The position numbers and the translations under genes were made by a program. Positions 45,330 to 55,549 of a stretch of 64,000 nt of DNA are shown here, piece after piece. The notes below the pieces were generated by a model that saw only the letters and a program-made list of their open reading frames with translations, searched no databases and was not told the DNA's origin. This stretch comes from an uncultured Acetatifactor sp. (GTDB lineage Bacteria; Bacillota; Clostridia; Lachnospirales; Lachnospiraceae). The stretch covers positions 11,742-75,741 of the forward strand of contig CAJTVB010000011.1 in assembly GCA_910579755.1 (NCBI GenBank). The letters are read 5' to 3'. Each line of letters starts with the position of its first letter. Position 1 is the first letter of the stretch.

Positions 45330-46682
45330 TTATTCCGATTCACCGGCTGAACTGAGAACCATGTCTAAAATATGTGCCAGCGGGTCGCAGGCATTCATGG
45401 CCTCCTCCACTGTATTGTTCTGAGCCCCCAGCTCGATCAGCAGATATTTGGGGCACAGATGCATATTATAACGGTAGCCCTTCAGATAAATTTTTCTGGT
45501 AAGTCCGGGGTAATACTCCATGGCCTTTAACTGCATTTGGAAGGAGAATGCCAGGTTATCATCCAGATTTTTATTATACAGGTACTCGATATTTCCCGTC
45601 TTTTTTGTTCGGGATAAACCGTTAAAAAACATAAATCTGGCCGTGGGTCTGCCGTCCAGCTCCGTTACCAGCCTGGTGGATTCGGGCATGGCATCTCTGT
45701 GCAGATCAATGACCACTTGAATGGACGGGTTATCACGCAGCAATTTTTCAATCTCCGGCAAGGCCTTGGAATAGGCGTCATTTCTGGACTCCACATCATA
45801 GCCTGCCGTGTGGTGAAGCACCTGATAACCGTAAGTCTCCGTCAGGATCTGCGTCAGCCTCTCTCCCACCCCTACAATGGAGGTGGACGTGTCACCGGGC
45901 ACAGAATCAGCAAAGGCCTCCTGTGAATGAGTGTGATAAATCAATATCTGCGGCCCCTCTCCTTCCTTGGATATAGTCATGTCCTTCTCCAAAAAAGACA
46001 CCGCATTCAATTGATCGCTTCCCACCATGGTAGTGGGATCTACCGTATAAAATCGGCTCACCAGGTCTTCATAAGCCTCAAGAGCTGCCAGATCCACAGG
46101 GGTCTGAATACTATGGGGCACGAAATATGTATCGGGGGCCTGAGAATCCAGCGCCGCCTGGTTTTCCTCCTGCAGAAGCTCCTTCAGGCTGTTGTCAGTT
46201 TCAGGGGATATTCCCTCCGGATACTCCTCCTGAACCCAATATGTGCCTTCCTCTGCCTCCGCAAGCAGAATCTCCCGAATATCCATGGCCTCCCTCTCCC
46301 CGCCCTCCATGGACTCCAGTGAGAAACCATAAAGAGGAAACAAACCGTCGATCTGTTCCTGCAGAAGCCAAAAGGTCTCGTGGTCTCCTTCCTCTGCAAA
46401 AGAAATACAAGGCATATAACTTCTATATAATATTTCTGCCGCAGCCTGCCCCAGCTCCTGCAGCAAGGCAGCTCCCACAGGCCTTCCGCTTTCCACTGAA
46501 ACAGGCGTGCGGGCGCTGCAGCCTGCAGAAATGCAGGACAGCCCCAGCAACAGGACAGCGGCGGCAGCCAGCTTTGCAGCCAGACGGTCTACAATGGTAT
46601 TTTTTTTAACGGAGACGCACTTCCTTTCCCCAGCCGCAGTCAAAAAAACTTTTGCCGCCCTTGGCGGTACAGCTCTTTTCAA
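45330..46682 (-). CDS. spoIIP: Stage II sporulation protein P (SpoIIP, cell-wall amidase/endopeptidase)
   Basis: N-terminal membrane anchor. ILIYHTHSQEAF and VIDLHRD motifs of the SpoIIP family. Synteny gpr-spoIIP-lepA. The exact start is uncertain. Confidence 0.8.
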   Translation of the reverse strand: MKRAVPPRAAKVFLTAAGERKCVSVKKNTIVDRLAAKLAAAAVLLLGLSCISAGCSARTPVSVESGRPVGAALLQELGQAAAEILYRSYMPCISFAEEGDHETFWLLQEQIDGLFPLYGFSLESMEGGEREAMDIREILLAEAEEGTYWVQEEYPEGISPETDNSLKELLQEENQAALDSQAPDTYFVPHSIQTPVDLAALEAYEDLVSRFYTVDPTTMVGSDQLNAVSFLEKDMTISKEGEGPQILIYHTHSQEAFADSVPGDTSTSIVGVGERLTQILTETYGYQVLHHTAGYDVESRNDAYSKALPEIEKLLRDNPSIQVVIDLHRDAMPESTRLVTELDGRPTARFMFFNGLSRTKKTGNIEYLYNKNLDDNLAFSFQMQLKAMEYYPGLTRKIYLKGYRYNMHLCPKYLLIELGAQNNTVEEAMNACDPLAHILDMVLSSAGESE

Positions 46683-46703
46683 CCTAATATATGCCCGTCT
46701 GTC

Positions 46704-47624
46704 TCACTCCATTCGCATTTCCATGGCAATATTGATGCCTTCGGACACGGTAAAGCTGATTCTTTTGATAACTGCGTCAATGTCCTTTCCCGTCATATAC
46801 ATATTATTCAGCTCCGGAAAATTCATCTGCTGTCTGGTCACATACTTCATGGTATCCAGATCCTTCTCATCCTCCAACAGCTTTTCCATGGCATCCGCCA
46901 CAATCGTCGCCGCGTCCACCACCGTAGGTATTCCTATGGCGATCACCGGCACCCCCAGGCTTTCCTTTGTCAGAGCATTTCTGTGATTCCCCACGCCTGA
47001 CCCAGGCTGGATTCCGGTGTTGGTAATCTGAATGGTACGGTTCAGACGCCTGGTGCTCCGAGCCGCCAGGGCATCTATTACAATCACTACATCGGGCGAA
47101 GTCTCCTTTACCACCCCCGTTACAATCTCCGCTGTCTCCATACCGGTTCTGGCCATGACACCGGGCTCCAGGGCACTGAGCAGATTCATTCTGCTGCAGT
47201 TGTATGCCGCTTTTCCGTATTCTCTGACAATGTGTCTTGTGATAAAAAGGTTATCCACTGTCTGCGGCCCCAGCGCATCTGCCGTGACCTCCCGGTTACC
47301 CAGGCCTACCACCAGAATTTCCTGTTCCTGCCCGGAATCAGGCAGAAGCTCCAGAAGCTCTTCCGCAAGACACTTGGATATTTCCCGATGATACTCGTCA
47401 TCCGGCTCCACCATCGCGGGCGCTTCCATGGTTACGTAAATCCCCATGGGCTTTCCCATAGCCTTTGCGGCATTTTTGGTGTCAATAGTCACCCTGGTCA
47501 CCCGCACGTCCTCTTCCTCCCGATAATACTCCTCCACACTGACTCCCCGCAGTTCACTGTCCGCCTCGCCGATACTCTCCCTCGCCTCCAGCGCCAGATC
47601 CGTCCTCACTTGAAATCCTGCCAT
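46704..47624 (-). CDS. gpr: Germination protease Gpr (spore endopeptidase)
   Basis: VRTDLALEARE start region and the conserved GPR core (VVGLGNREVTADALGP, IDALAARS). The start at MAGFQV is preceded by AAAGGAGAG. Confidence 0.85.
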   Translation of the reverse strand: MAGFQVRTDLALEARESIGEADSELRGVSVEEYYREEEDVRVTRVTIDTKNAAKAMGKPMGIYVTMEAPAMVEPDDEYHREISKCLAEELLELLPDSGQEQEILVVGLGNREVTADALGPQTVDNLFITRHIVREYGKAAYNCSRMNLLSALEPGVMARTGMETAEIVTGVVKETSPDVVIVIDALAARSTRRLNRTIQITNTGIQPGSGVGNHRNALTKESLGVPVIAIGIPTVVDAATIVADAMEKLLEDEKDLDTMKYVTRQQMNFPELNNMYMTGKDIDAVIKRISFTVSEGINIAMEMRME

Positions 47625-47802
47625 GATAGCTCTCCTTTGGTTATAATCCACAGCAATTATTTTTCAGTTACATTTCACACGCCATTTCATGAGCAAAAGG
47701 AGCTGCAGCCCAGCGAAGAGTGCTGAAAGCACAATTTTGCGAATGGCGCGGTGTGAACAGTAACAATAGTAACATTTTTCACACTTTTTCTCAGAATATG
47801 TA

Positions 47803-47831
47803 TTGACAAACCCGCCGGAGTTTACTAAAAT
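47803..47831 (+). promoter_or_regulatory. Sigma-A promoter candidate for rpsT
   Basis: TTGACA (47803-47808), a 17-nt spacer, then TAAAAT (47826-47831). The leader is about 85 nt. Confidence 0.55.
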
Positions 47832-47918
47832 TACATGGTATGTTTACATTAGTCCTCCGTGTCTGGCTAAGGTGAAACAATCGATAACTATTTTGTATAC
47901 AAATTGGAGGTGTACGAC

Positions 47919-48182
47919 TTGGCTAACATTAAATCCGCAAAAAAGAGAATTCTGGTAAACCGCACAAAGGCAGACAGAAATAAGGCTCTGCGCTCCGGTG
48001 TCAAGACCGCTATGAAGAAGGTATTTGCCGCCATCGAATCCGGTGACAAGACCGTTGCCCAGAAGGAGCTGACCGCCGCTACCAAGACCATCGAGATGGC
48101 CGCCAGCAAGGGTATTTATCACAAGAACAATGCGGCCCGGAAGGTTTCCCGTATCAGCAAAGCTGTAAACAAAATGGCCTGA
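47919..48182 (+). CDS. rpsT: 30S ribosomal protein S20
   Basis: (M)ANIKSAKKRILVNRTKADRNKALRS is the canonical S20 N-terminus. The TTG start is 6 nt after GGAGGTG. Confidence 0.95.
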   Translation: MANIKSAKKRILVNRTKADRNKALRSGVKTAMKKVFAAIESGDKTVAQKELTAATKTIEMAASKGIYHKNNAARKVSRISKAVNKMA

Positions 48183-48254
48183 AGCAGGCCGTCGTACCGC
48201 GGCAAAGCCATACATGGTAAGATATATGATCAGGAAACGATTTCTGATACGTAA

Positions 48255-48290
48255 AGAGCGCCCATACCGTCATGTGGGCGCTCTTTTTTA
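48255..48290 (+). terminator. Rho-independent terminator after rpsT
   Basis: 10-bp stem AGAGCGCCCA / TGGGCGCTCT followed by TTTTTTATATTTATTTTTTT. Confidence 0.75.
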
Positions 48291-48305
48291 TATTTATTTT
48301 TTTGC

Positions 48306-49208
48306 TCAATGTCTGTGGCTTCCGCCGCCGTGGCTGGCTCCGCTGCTGCTGTGATGGTGTCCGCCTCCGCCGCTCCTGCCTCCGCCGCTGCCTCCACTGC
48401 TGGTCTCGATCCGGCGGGAAACAGTGGATTTTCGAATAAACTGATCTTCCTTGCTGCGAAGCACAGGCTTTCCTCCGGACACATAGTCATTCACCGCTGT
48501 GGTATCCCGGGCCTTTTCCTGATGAAGATGACTGGCTCCATAGATAAATGCCGCTGCGGCAGATGCTGCCAGCGCCGCCAGCCAGTACCAGGAGGGAATC
48601 CGGAAGCCTCCCATAAGATTACACACCGTATCTATATACACCTTATAAGCCCTGTATGGATCGGAATCATAATACCGGTCTACCGCATTCAAAACCTTTT
48701 CCACATCCCGGGCACTGAGACTGTATTCCACCCTTCCGCTGGTGCTCAAATGCTCACCCCGCTGACCCGGATATCGATTGTCCAGAAGCAGGGCCCCGTC
48801 CCCTTCAAAGCCCTTGTTGTAGCCGTACTGATTTTTGTCCCAGAAGTCATCGGCGATATCCTGCATATTCTGGGTCCACCCGGTGGAGCGGTACCCATAT
48901 TGTTCCTTGGCCTCCGTCCCTTCCACCGGCTGTTTCATGGTAACCAGCACCAGATCAATTCCCAGTTCCCCTTCCTTTTGTGAAATATAGCTGCGAAGCT
49001 TCTCTTCCTCCTCGTCTGTAAGCATATCCCCATAATCATACACACGCTCTGAAGGAGCCGCGCTGTTGGTTCTGGGAATGCTGCCCTTCATGGCGCGCAG
49101 GACACCCGCCCCCAAAAGCGCAATCGCCAAGAGCCCCACCGTGATAAACCATATTCTGAAATATTTCAAATACTGCTTTCTAGCTTCCCGCTTCAACTCA
49201 TCGCTCAT
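48306..49208 (-). CDS. TPM-domain (YgcG-like) membrane protein with a G/S/H-rich C-terminal tail
   Basis: N-terminal TM helix. A TPM-like region starts at VYDYGDMLTDEEEEKLRSYI...IDLVLVTM. A second TM helix follows. The tail is SSGGSGGGRSGGGGHHHSSSGASHGGGSHRH, as in YgcG-type proteins. Confidence 0.65.
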   Translation of the reverse strand: MSDELKREARKQYLKYFRIWFITVGLLAIALLGAGVLRAMKGSIPRTNSAAPSERVYDYGDMLTDEEEEKLRSYISQKEGELGIDLVLVTMKQPVEGTEAKEQYGYRSTGWTQNMQDIADDFWDKNQYGYNKGFEGDGALLLDNRYPGQRGEHLSTSGRVEYSLSARDVEKVLNAVDRYYDSDPYRAYKVYIDTVCNLMGGFRIPSWYWLAALAASAAAAFIYGASHLHQEKARDTTAVNDYVSGGKPVLRSKEDQFIRKSTVSRRIETSSGGSGGGRSGGGGHHHSSSGASHGGGSHRH

Positions 49209-49326
49209 CTTTTCCGAAACTCCCCTTCCCCTCCTGATCTTTGCCGGATCTCATCCGCCCCTTCGGCTCTCCTTCCCCAATCACACCGGGAGCCCAGCCC
49301 CGTCATTATATCTATGCCCATAGTCC

Positions 49327-50316
49327 TTACAGCCAGGACACAAGCAGGGGAACCATAATCAGGATGGCTGTCAGACATGCCCACAAGGTCCCCGCATACA
49401 GCCATACCCTCCCGGGAGACACCGGAGCCGTACCCACGATCTTTCCGGTCTGCCCGTTCACATAAAAGGGATATTCCTTATTATTGTAGGTATACACATA
49501 TCTCCATATAGGCAGCAGGCCGTACCTGGTTCTGCTGTTCTTTACACGAACATCCTGGCGCAGAGTCTTGACTGAAGAATAGCCGGAAACGCTGTCCCGC
49601 AGCATCTTGCCTGCGTCCTCATCCATCTTGGCCCTGGCGCGGTTTTCCACTGCTTCGGAATCCATATTGTACTTTTCGGCATAAAAGCCCGATATGTATT
49701 CGGGTGCAAAATTCTCCAGCTGACTGTACTGGAAGGGCTCCATCAAATTCATTACATCATCGGGCATCTGTTCGGACGCATCCACCGGAATTTTCTGAAA
49801 ATCGATGTCCATATCCCGCCGGATGGCATAATAAGAGGTCTCCGTATACTGCATATTGCCGCTCCGCCAGGTTTTGACCCGGGTGCCCTCCCCTTCATAG
49901 CAGCAGTCTGTATCATAGTCATAAAACCAGAACGGCACATACACGCCCTGCATGCTGTCAAGCCGTACCTCCGACAAAAAATCCACAGGTGCAAAAATGC
50001 ATTTCCGAAATTTCTCACGGATAGATTTCTTGCAGGTCTCCTTTCCCAGCTTAAAAGGAATCATGAGCTCCGGAGCATATTTTCCTTCCACTCTCTGGTT
50101 AAAAATCAAATAACTGTCACAGCTGGGGCATTGTGTGGCCGAGGTATGCTCCTCCACCGGCACCTCACCACCGCAATTGGGACAGATCGTCATAGCCTCA
50201 GACACCCCCTCCGCCCTTTCCCCGCTTCTTTCACTCTCGCAGTAAGGACAGAACATTGTCTGCTTTTCCGGACTGTATACTACGTTTCCCCCGCAATTTT
50301 TACATCTGAAATACAT
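49327..50316 (-). CDS. Double zinc-ribbon protein with a C-terminal TM anchor, function unknown
   Basis: CKNCGG...CPYCES and CPNCGG...CPSCDS motifs. About 230 aa of unassigned domain. Hydrophobic C-terminus LYAGTLWACLTAILIMVPLLVSWL. Confidence 0.55.
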   Translation of the reverse strand: MYFRCKNCGGNVVYSPEKQTMFCPYCESERSGERAEGVSEAMTICPNCGGEVPVEEHTSATQCPSCDSYLIFNQRVEGKYAPELMIPFKLGKETCKKSIREKFRKCIFAPVDFLSEVRLDSMQGVYVPFWFYDYDTDCCYEGEGTRVKTWRSGNMQYTETSYYAIRRDMDIDFQKIPVDASEQMPDDVMNLMEPFQYSQLENFAPEYISGFYAEKYNMDSEAVENRARAKMDEDAGKMLRDSVSGYSSVKTLRQDVRVKNSRTRYGLLPIWRYVYTYNNKEYPFYVNGQTGKIVGTAPVSPGRVWLYAGTLWACLTAILIMVPLLVSWL

Positions 50317-50406
50317 AGCCTTTACCCCGTGTCCGCTCTTGGCGGACGCCCCTTATAATATTTACTCTAAAAGTCCCTGCGCCATTCACGGCTCCTGGCA
50401 ATGCTT

Positions 50407-51006
50407 CTATGGCCTGTGGATACTTTTTTCTATATTCACAAAGGTCACGTAAATATGACCAACCGCAAAAAATACGGCGCATAAAATCAGAGGAATATGC
50501 ATCAATACAATTCCGCTGAGCAAAAACAGCAGAGAAGGAACCACCGCCAGCAGCATTTTGATCACCGCAGTCTTTTTTACCGCAGGCTTTCCCGCAATAA
50601 AAACCGCCGTAGGCCCCTCCTGCCTGGAAACACTTACTTGAGGCCTTGTCCGGAAAAAATATATTCCCCACAAAACCCAATAAACCGCCAGAAGCACCAG
50701 ATTTCCTGCTAAATAGGCTGCAAATGCAGCAACAGAGGGAAAGCCGCTTCCTTTTCCAAAAAACAGTACCATAAACAGCATGGAGCCGTACCGCCCAGCC
50801 TGCTCAATTACATTCATAAGCCTGTTGCTGCAAAGATTTTTCTCCCCTGGATTTCTCAGAGCATAAACAATATTGGGAATCAAAAGCAATATTACAATCA
50901 CCAGGCCCCACATGCTGATCCAGCCGCTCCAGGCGCTCTCCAGCACTCCCGCCGAAAATACCACTGTCGATCCGTCAGCGCCGGCCGCCGCATACACATG
51001 TCCCAT
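50407..51006 (-). CDS. Polytopic membrane protein, function unknown
   Basis: 199 aa with about 5 hydrophobic segments. No recognisable motif. Confidence 0.5.
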   Translation of the reverse strand: MGHVYAAAGADGSTVVFSAGVLESAWSGWISMWGLVIVILLLIPNIVYALRNPGEKNLCSNRLMNVIEQAGRYGSMLFMVLFFGKGSGFPSVAAFAAYLAGNLVLLAVYWVLWGIYFFRTRPQVSVSRQEGPTAVFIAGKPAVKKTAVIKMLLAVVPSLLFLLSGIVLMHIPLILCAVFFAVGHIYVTFVNIEKSIHRP

Positions 51007-51058
51007 CTGACATCCCTTCCTGCCGCATCAGTCAATACAGCCTCCCACAGCATTTTCC

Positions 51059-52018
51059 TCAGGGCAGCTCCTCCACCATGGCAATTGCCTGCTCAATGAT
51101 ATTTTGGAAGGTCTCCATAAGTACACCTTTTTTGCTGTCGTCAATATCCATCCTGTCAATAATATCACTGTAAATGCCTGCTGTCCCGGCAAGAGAATCC
51201 TGAACGATTTTCACATATGTACGGTTTCTCTTCACTGCACCTTCGATTGCCTCCCGTACCTCCGATGTGCCTGAAACACTTCTCTTCACATCGTCAAAAT
51301 ATCTGCCTGTCTGTTCTATACTCCTGATATTGCAAAGCATTGCATCATCGGAGGCATGAATGAACTTATTCAGTTCATTGCTTTGGCGCTCTACCTCCAT
51401 AATGCTCGCATTAATGCCCTCAACCATATCCCGGCTCATCTTTGCGAGCTTGCCTACCTCCTCCGCTACAACCGCAAAGCCTCTCCCCTGCTCACCGGCT
51501 CTCGCCGCCTCAATGCTTGCATTCAATGCCAGAAGGTTTGTCTGGTCAGCAACCTCTCCGATACCCGACAGGCTATATCTGATCTTGTCCAGCGCCCCCT
51601 GCAGCATATCAAAGGTTTTGGACATATTCCTGAAATTTTCCTGTAAAGAATTGGAATCCTGTTTCAGCCGATCCATCTGCTGCTGCGCTTCCGATACAGC
51701 TTCATTAATCTCTGACTCCACAACATTAAAATGATCTGCCGCCATGGTGATATCCCGAAATCCCTCATCCAGCGCATTCACCTCGCCCTGAGGACCAATC
51801 ATATCATCCTTCAGTCCCGAGAGCTGTTCTGTTGCATATCGCATCTGCTGTGTGGTAAAAAAAACATCCTCTGCCAGTTCATTTACAACCCTGTATGCGC
51901 TTGTCAGTGCATAATCCAAAGGATGCTTGTCAAAAGCCGCCTGTTTCTCCACTGCCATGACGGAAACAGAACCTTTTTCCTTGTCTTTATTTCCAGCGTT
52001 TCCAAATAATTTAAACAC
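51059..52018 (-). CDS. Soluble methyl-accepting chemotaxis protein (signalling domain only; no TM helix or HAMP seen)
   Basis: Highly conserved MCP hairpin tip [34 protein letters not shown]. 319 aa. GTG start 12 nt after the stop of the upstream FIST gene. Confidence 0.85.
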   Translation of the reverse strand: MFKLFGNAGNKDKEKGSVSVMAVEKQAAFDKHPLDYALTSAYRVVNELAEDVFFTTQQMRYATEQLSGLKDDMIGPQGEVNALDEGFRDITMAADHFNVVESEINEAVSEAQQQMDRLKQDSNSLQENFRNMSKTFDMLQGALDKIRYSLSGIGEVADQTNLLALNASIEAARAGEQGRGFAVVAEEVGKLAKMSRDMVEGINASIMEVERQSNELNKFIHASDDAMLCNIRSIEQTGRYFDDVKRSVSGTSEVREAIEGAVKRNRTYVKIVQDSLAGTAGIYSDIIDRMDIDDSKKGVLMETFQNIIEQAIAMVEELP

Positions 52019-52030
52019 GTCTTTTTCCCC

Positions 52031-53104
52031 CTACTCAAATGCCAGACAGCACATTGTCTGATTGACAAACTGTGTATTATAATGTTCACCCACACCAACC
52101 ACGCCTGCATGCGAAAAGCTGCGGGACATATCTGCAAGATAGCCCTCCCAGTAATGTTCATCGTTGAACATAATGTACCGAAACAGACAGTTTACGGAAA
52201 GTACCGTCGGTGTACCGCCAAGTTCGCTCTTAATCCGTGAAATCGTATCCTGAACCACTTCCCGATAGTCTCCAATACTCAGTATCGTGAGAAAGTCCAT
52301 CTTGTTTGCAGGACGAAATGTAGTGATACTTCCGTCTGCCTCAACCCCTTTTATAGACACAATATATGTATCGGAATCGCAGACATGCCCAAATGGATTC
52401 TTGAATGTCTGCGTGGTGATCTTATCTCTGGAGATTCCCAGCTCGGAAGTATATACCTTCTCGGCAGACATATTCTCCAAGGTCCGTATTCTGTATTCCC
52501 TGGGATCTGCATCCGTCACCATAAACTGTTTTTCGCTTCCCTGCGGACGTAAATAAATATTTTCCTTATATGATTTTATTTTACCCTTAAGATTTTTAAA
52601 GATGAAAAATGCGCACGCATCCTTATAAATCTTACCATTACAGGCAATCGCCGCCGAATTGCTTGTACCGCCTGCAAGATCATATCCCATACGGCAGAGG
52701 TAATTGGACAGTGTTGTGACAGCTCGAAGGTCTGCCCCCGCCGAACAGACATCAAAGCACGCAGTCTTTCCCCGTTCTCCGCCTACTGCCTTTACAGCAT
52801 TTTCAAGTCGTCTGATATATTTGATGGGCATAACAGATGCCTGCTCGAGAACATCCGCCACTACCTTAATGTTTTCCTTCATTGCGATAACTGTAATACC
52901 TGCATCAAAAAACTGCTTGTCAATATATGCCGGACCCACTCCTCCTATGGATGCCACCCCGGGGAAAAATCTTTCAATTTCCTTGGCCGTGCGTTCAAGC
53001 ATATCCTCACTCGCAACAGAAAAAAGCAACGCTGCAGGCTCTGTGATATTTTTTAACGCCTCCGACACATCCCCCTTCTTACTGCTGCCGTATGCTAACT
53101 TCAT
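52031..53104 (-). CDS. FIST-domain (FIST_N + FIST_C) sensory protein candidate
   Basis: About 357 aa. The size, the two-lobed layout and the C-terminal GVVGVGEHYNTQFVNQTMCCLAF (GEI...HNQT-like ending of FIST_C) fit my recollection of the family. The start at MKLAYGSS is preceded by GGAGGA. Confidence 0.55.
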   Translation of the reverse strand: MKLAYGSSKKGDVSEALKNITEPAALLFSVASEDMLERTAKEIERFFPGVASIGGVGPAYIDKQFFDAGITVIAMKENIKVVADVLEQASVMPIKYIRRLENAVKAVGGERGKTACFDVCSAGADLRAVTTLSNYLCRMGYDLAGGTSNSAAIACNGKIYKDACAFFIFKNLKGKIKSYKENIYLRPQGSEKQFMVTDADPREYRIRTLENMSAEKVYTSELGISRDKITTQTFKNPFGHVCDSDTYIVSIKGVEADGSITTFRPANKMDFLTILSIGDYREVVQDTISRIKSELGGTPTVLSVNCLFRYIMFNDEHYWEGYLADMSRSFSHAGVVGVGEHYNTQFVNQTMCCLAFE

Positions 53105-53390
53105 ATCAGTGTCCTCCATTCATATTAATGCGGTTAAATCCACATAATTGTACCATATAAGATGACATTTTCCTACTGTTTTTTGATAAAATTATTGGCG
53201 AATTTATCAGAATCTCCATTCCGATATTCAATGCCTCAGACCTGGCCGTATCCGCCTCCTCCGAGAATACAGAAACAGATCAGTATCAGTCTGCAAGTGA
53301 TAAAAATGCTGATTTTTCCATCATTCCAGCTACATCCAATCCCAACTGCCTTGGTCCGCATTTTTCTGATAATTCAGTCAATATCAGGGA

Positions 53391-53431
53391 CAAAAAGGGA
53401 TACCAAAGGCTTACATTTCCTTTGATATCCC
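53391..53431 (-). terminator. Rho-independent terminator after tpiA
   Basis: The minus strand reads GGGATATCAAAGG-loop-CCTTTGGTATCCC (13 bp, one G-U pair) followed by TTTTTGT. Confidence 0.75.
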
Positions 53432-53473
53432 TTTATTACTGCATTTTCAAACTATCCGATTTTTGAGAAAATC

Positions 53474-54226
53474 CTATTTGTTATAATTGACAATCTGCCC
53501 AAAGTCAGGCTTCAGAGAAGCGCCGCCTACCAGGCCGCCGTCGATATCCTCCTGGGCAAACAGCTCGGGAGCGCTGGACGCGGAAACAGATCCGCCGTAC
53601 TGGATGCGGATAGCCGCCGCAGCAGCGTCGTCATAGATCTCGGCGATACACTCGCGGATAGCCTTGCATACCTCCTGAGCCTGCTCGGTGGTAGCCACCT
53701 TGCCGGTGCCGATGGCCCAGATAGGCTCGTATGCGATCACCGCGCTGGCCGCCTGCTGGGCAGTCACATTCAGGAAAGCGATCTTGATCTGCTGGCGGAT
53801 AAAGTCAATGGTGACGCCCTGCTCTCTCTGGGTCAGAGTTTCGCCGCAGCAGACGATGGGAGTGATCCCATGCTCAAAGGCCTTGAGAACCTTCTTGTTG
53901 ACGGTCTCATCCGTCTCCGCAAAATACTCTCTTCTCTCGGAATGGCCGATAATAACGTATTTCACGCCTGCATCCACAAGCATTTCGGGAGAAATCTCGC
54001 CGGTATATGCGCCCTTCTCCTCAAAATACATATTCTCAGCCCCGATCAGAATATTGGAATCCTTTGCCGCCTCCATGGCAGGGATAATGTCAATGGCGGG
54101 TACGCAGAACACCACGTCCACGTTGTCATTCTTTACCAAAGGCTTTAAGGTGTTGATCAGTTCCACTGCCTGACTGGGAGTCATATTCATCTTCCAGTTG
54201 CCGGCAATAATCTTTCTTCTTGCCAT
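53474..54226 (-). CDS. tpiA: Triosephosphate isomerase
   Basis: [17 protein letters not shown] and [11 protein letters not shown] motifs. Confidence 0.95.
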   Translation of the reverse strand: MARRKIIAGNWKMNMTPSQAVELINTLKPLVKNDNVDVVFCVPAIDIIPAMEAAKDSNILIGAENMYFEEKGAYTGEISPEMLVDAGVKYVIIGHSERREYFAETDETVNKKVLKAFEHGITPIVCCGETLTQREQGVTIDFIRQQIKIAFLNVTAQQAASAVIAYEPIWAIGTGKVATTEQAQEVCKAIRECIAEIYDDAAAAAIRIQYGGSVSASSAPELFAQEDIDGGLVGGASLKPDFGQIVNYNK

Positions 54227-54308
54227 GATTTATTCCTCGTTTTCTATATAAATATTTAAAGAAACTACTGCTTCCCCCGCGCACGGTATCGCGGCCTCTA
54301 GGCTCTTC

Positions 54309-55532
54309 CTATTTATCATCCGCTGCCGCCACACCGGGAAGTACCTTGCCCTCAAGGAATTCCAGAGAAGCGCCGCCGCCGGTGGAAATGTGGCTCATTT
54401 TCTCGCCAAAGCCCAGCTGATTTACAGCCGCTGCGGAGTCGCCGCCGCCGATGATCGTGGTGGCATCTGTCTCTGCCAGAGCCTTTGCCACAGCGATGGT
54501 GCCCTTTGCAAGAGTCGGATTCTCAAATACACCCATAGGTCCGTTCCACACAACGGTCTTAGCGCTCTTCACCGCATCGGCGTAGAGCTCGGCAGTCTTG
54601 GGTCCGATATCACAGCCCTCTCTGTCGGCAGGCATATCTGCGACTCCATACACCTCTACCTCCACAGGAGCATCGATGGGATTGGGGAACTGGGTGATGG
54701 TAGCGGAGTCCACAGGAAGAAGCAGCTTTTTGCCCAGCTTCTCTGCCTTCTCCATCATCTCCTTGCAGTAATCCAGCTTCTCGTTGTCCACCAGAGAATT
54801 TCCGATCTCATAGCCCTGAGCCTTCAGGAAAGTATAGGCCATGCCGCCGCCGATGATCAGCGTATCGCACTTCTCCAGCAGATTGGAAATAACGTTGAGC
54901 TTGTCAGCCACCTTTGCGCCTCCCAGGATCGCAACAAAGGGCCTTACCGGATTTTCCACAGCGTTGCCCAGGAAATTGATTTCCTTCTGCATCAGGTAAC
55001 CCACCACATTCTCGCCGCCCTTAGCAGTGATGAATTTGGTCACTCCCTCTACGGAAGCATGAGCTCTGTGAGAGGATCCAAAGGCATCACACACATAGAG
55101 ATCTGCCAGATCGGCCAGCTCTTTGGAGAATTCTTCTCCGTTTTTAGTCTCTTCCTTGCCCCGGAAACGGGTATTCTGAAGCAGAACCACATCTCCTTCT
55201 TTCATGGCCTCCACAGCCTTTGTGGCAGCCTCGCCGGTCACATTATAATCGCTTACGAACACCACTTCCTTGCCCAGCTTCTCGGACAATCTCTTTGCTA
55301 CAGGAGCCAGGGACTCCTTCTCGTTGGGGCCTTCCTTCACTTTGCCCAAATGAGAGCAGAGGATCACCTTGCCGCCGTCATTGATCAGCTTCTGAATGGT
55401 AGGCAGAGCAGCCACAATCCTTGTCTCATCTGTGATTTCGCCGTTTTTCAGCGGCACATTGAAATCACATCTCACCAATACTCTCTTCCCTTTTGCGTTG
55501 ATGTCATCAACCGATTTCTTATTCAAACCCAT
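54309..55532 (-). CDS. pgk: Phosphoglycerate kinase
   Basis: VRCDFNVP, and the C-terminal [13 protein letters not shown]. The start at MGLNKKS is preceded by GGAGGT. Confidence 0.95.
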   Translation of the reverse strand: MGLNKKSVDDINAKGKRVLVRCDFNVPLKNGEITDETRIVAALPTIQKLINDGGKVILCSHLGKVKEGPNEKESLAPVAKRLSEKLGKEVVFVSDYNVTGEAATKAVEAMKEGDVVLLQNTRFRGKEETKNGEEFSKELADLADLYVCDAFGSSHRAHASVEGVTKFITAKGGENVVGYLMQKEINFLGNAVENPVRPFVAILGGAKVADKLNVISNLLEKCDTLIIGGGMAYTFLKAQGYEIGNSLVDNEKLDYCKEMMEKAEKLGKKLLLPVDSATITQFPNPIDAPVEVEVYGVADMPADREGCDIGPKTAELYADAVKSAKTVVWNGPMGVFENPTLAKGTIAVAKALAETDATTIIGGGDSAAAVNQLGFGEKMSHISTGGGASLEFLEGKVLPGVAAADDK

Positions 55533-55549
55533 TTTAACCTCCACACTGA

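Noticed and set aside
47844-48215. Minus-strand ORFs (123 aa and 73 aa) opposite rpsT.
   Set aside because: They are antisense to the unmistakable S20 gene, with no independent support.
50300-50680. A 126-aa minus-strand ORF overlapping the polytopic membrane-protein gene in another frame. Other short overlapping ORFs occur throughout, for example 1243-1479, 2501-2794, 46184-46410 and 57086-57447.
   Set aside because: They are nested within, or overlap, better-supported genes. Their composition is biased (R/G/P-rich) and they have no RBS or motifs.
53162-53425. An 87-aa plus-strand ORF in the tpiA-FIST spacer.
   Set aside because: - It has no RBS.
- It runs through the tpiA terminator hairpin.
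- Its sequence is proline/isoleucine-rich and featureless.
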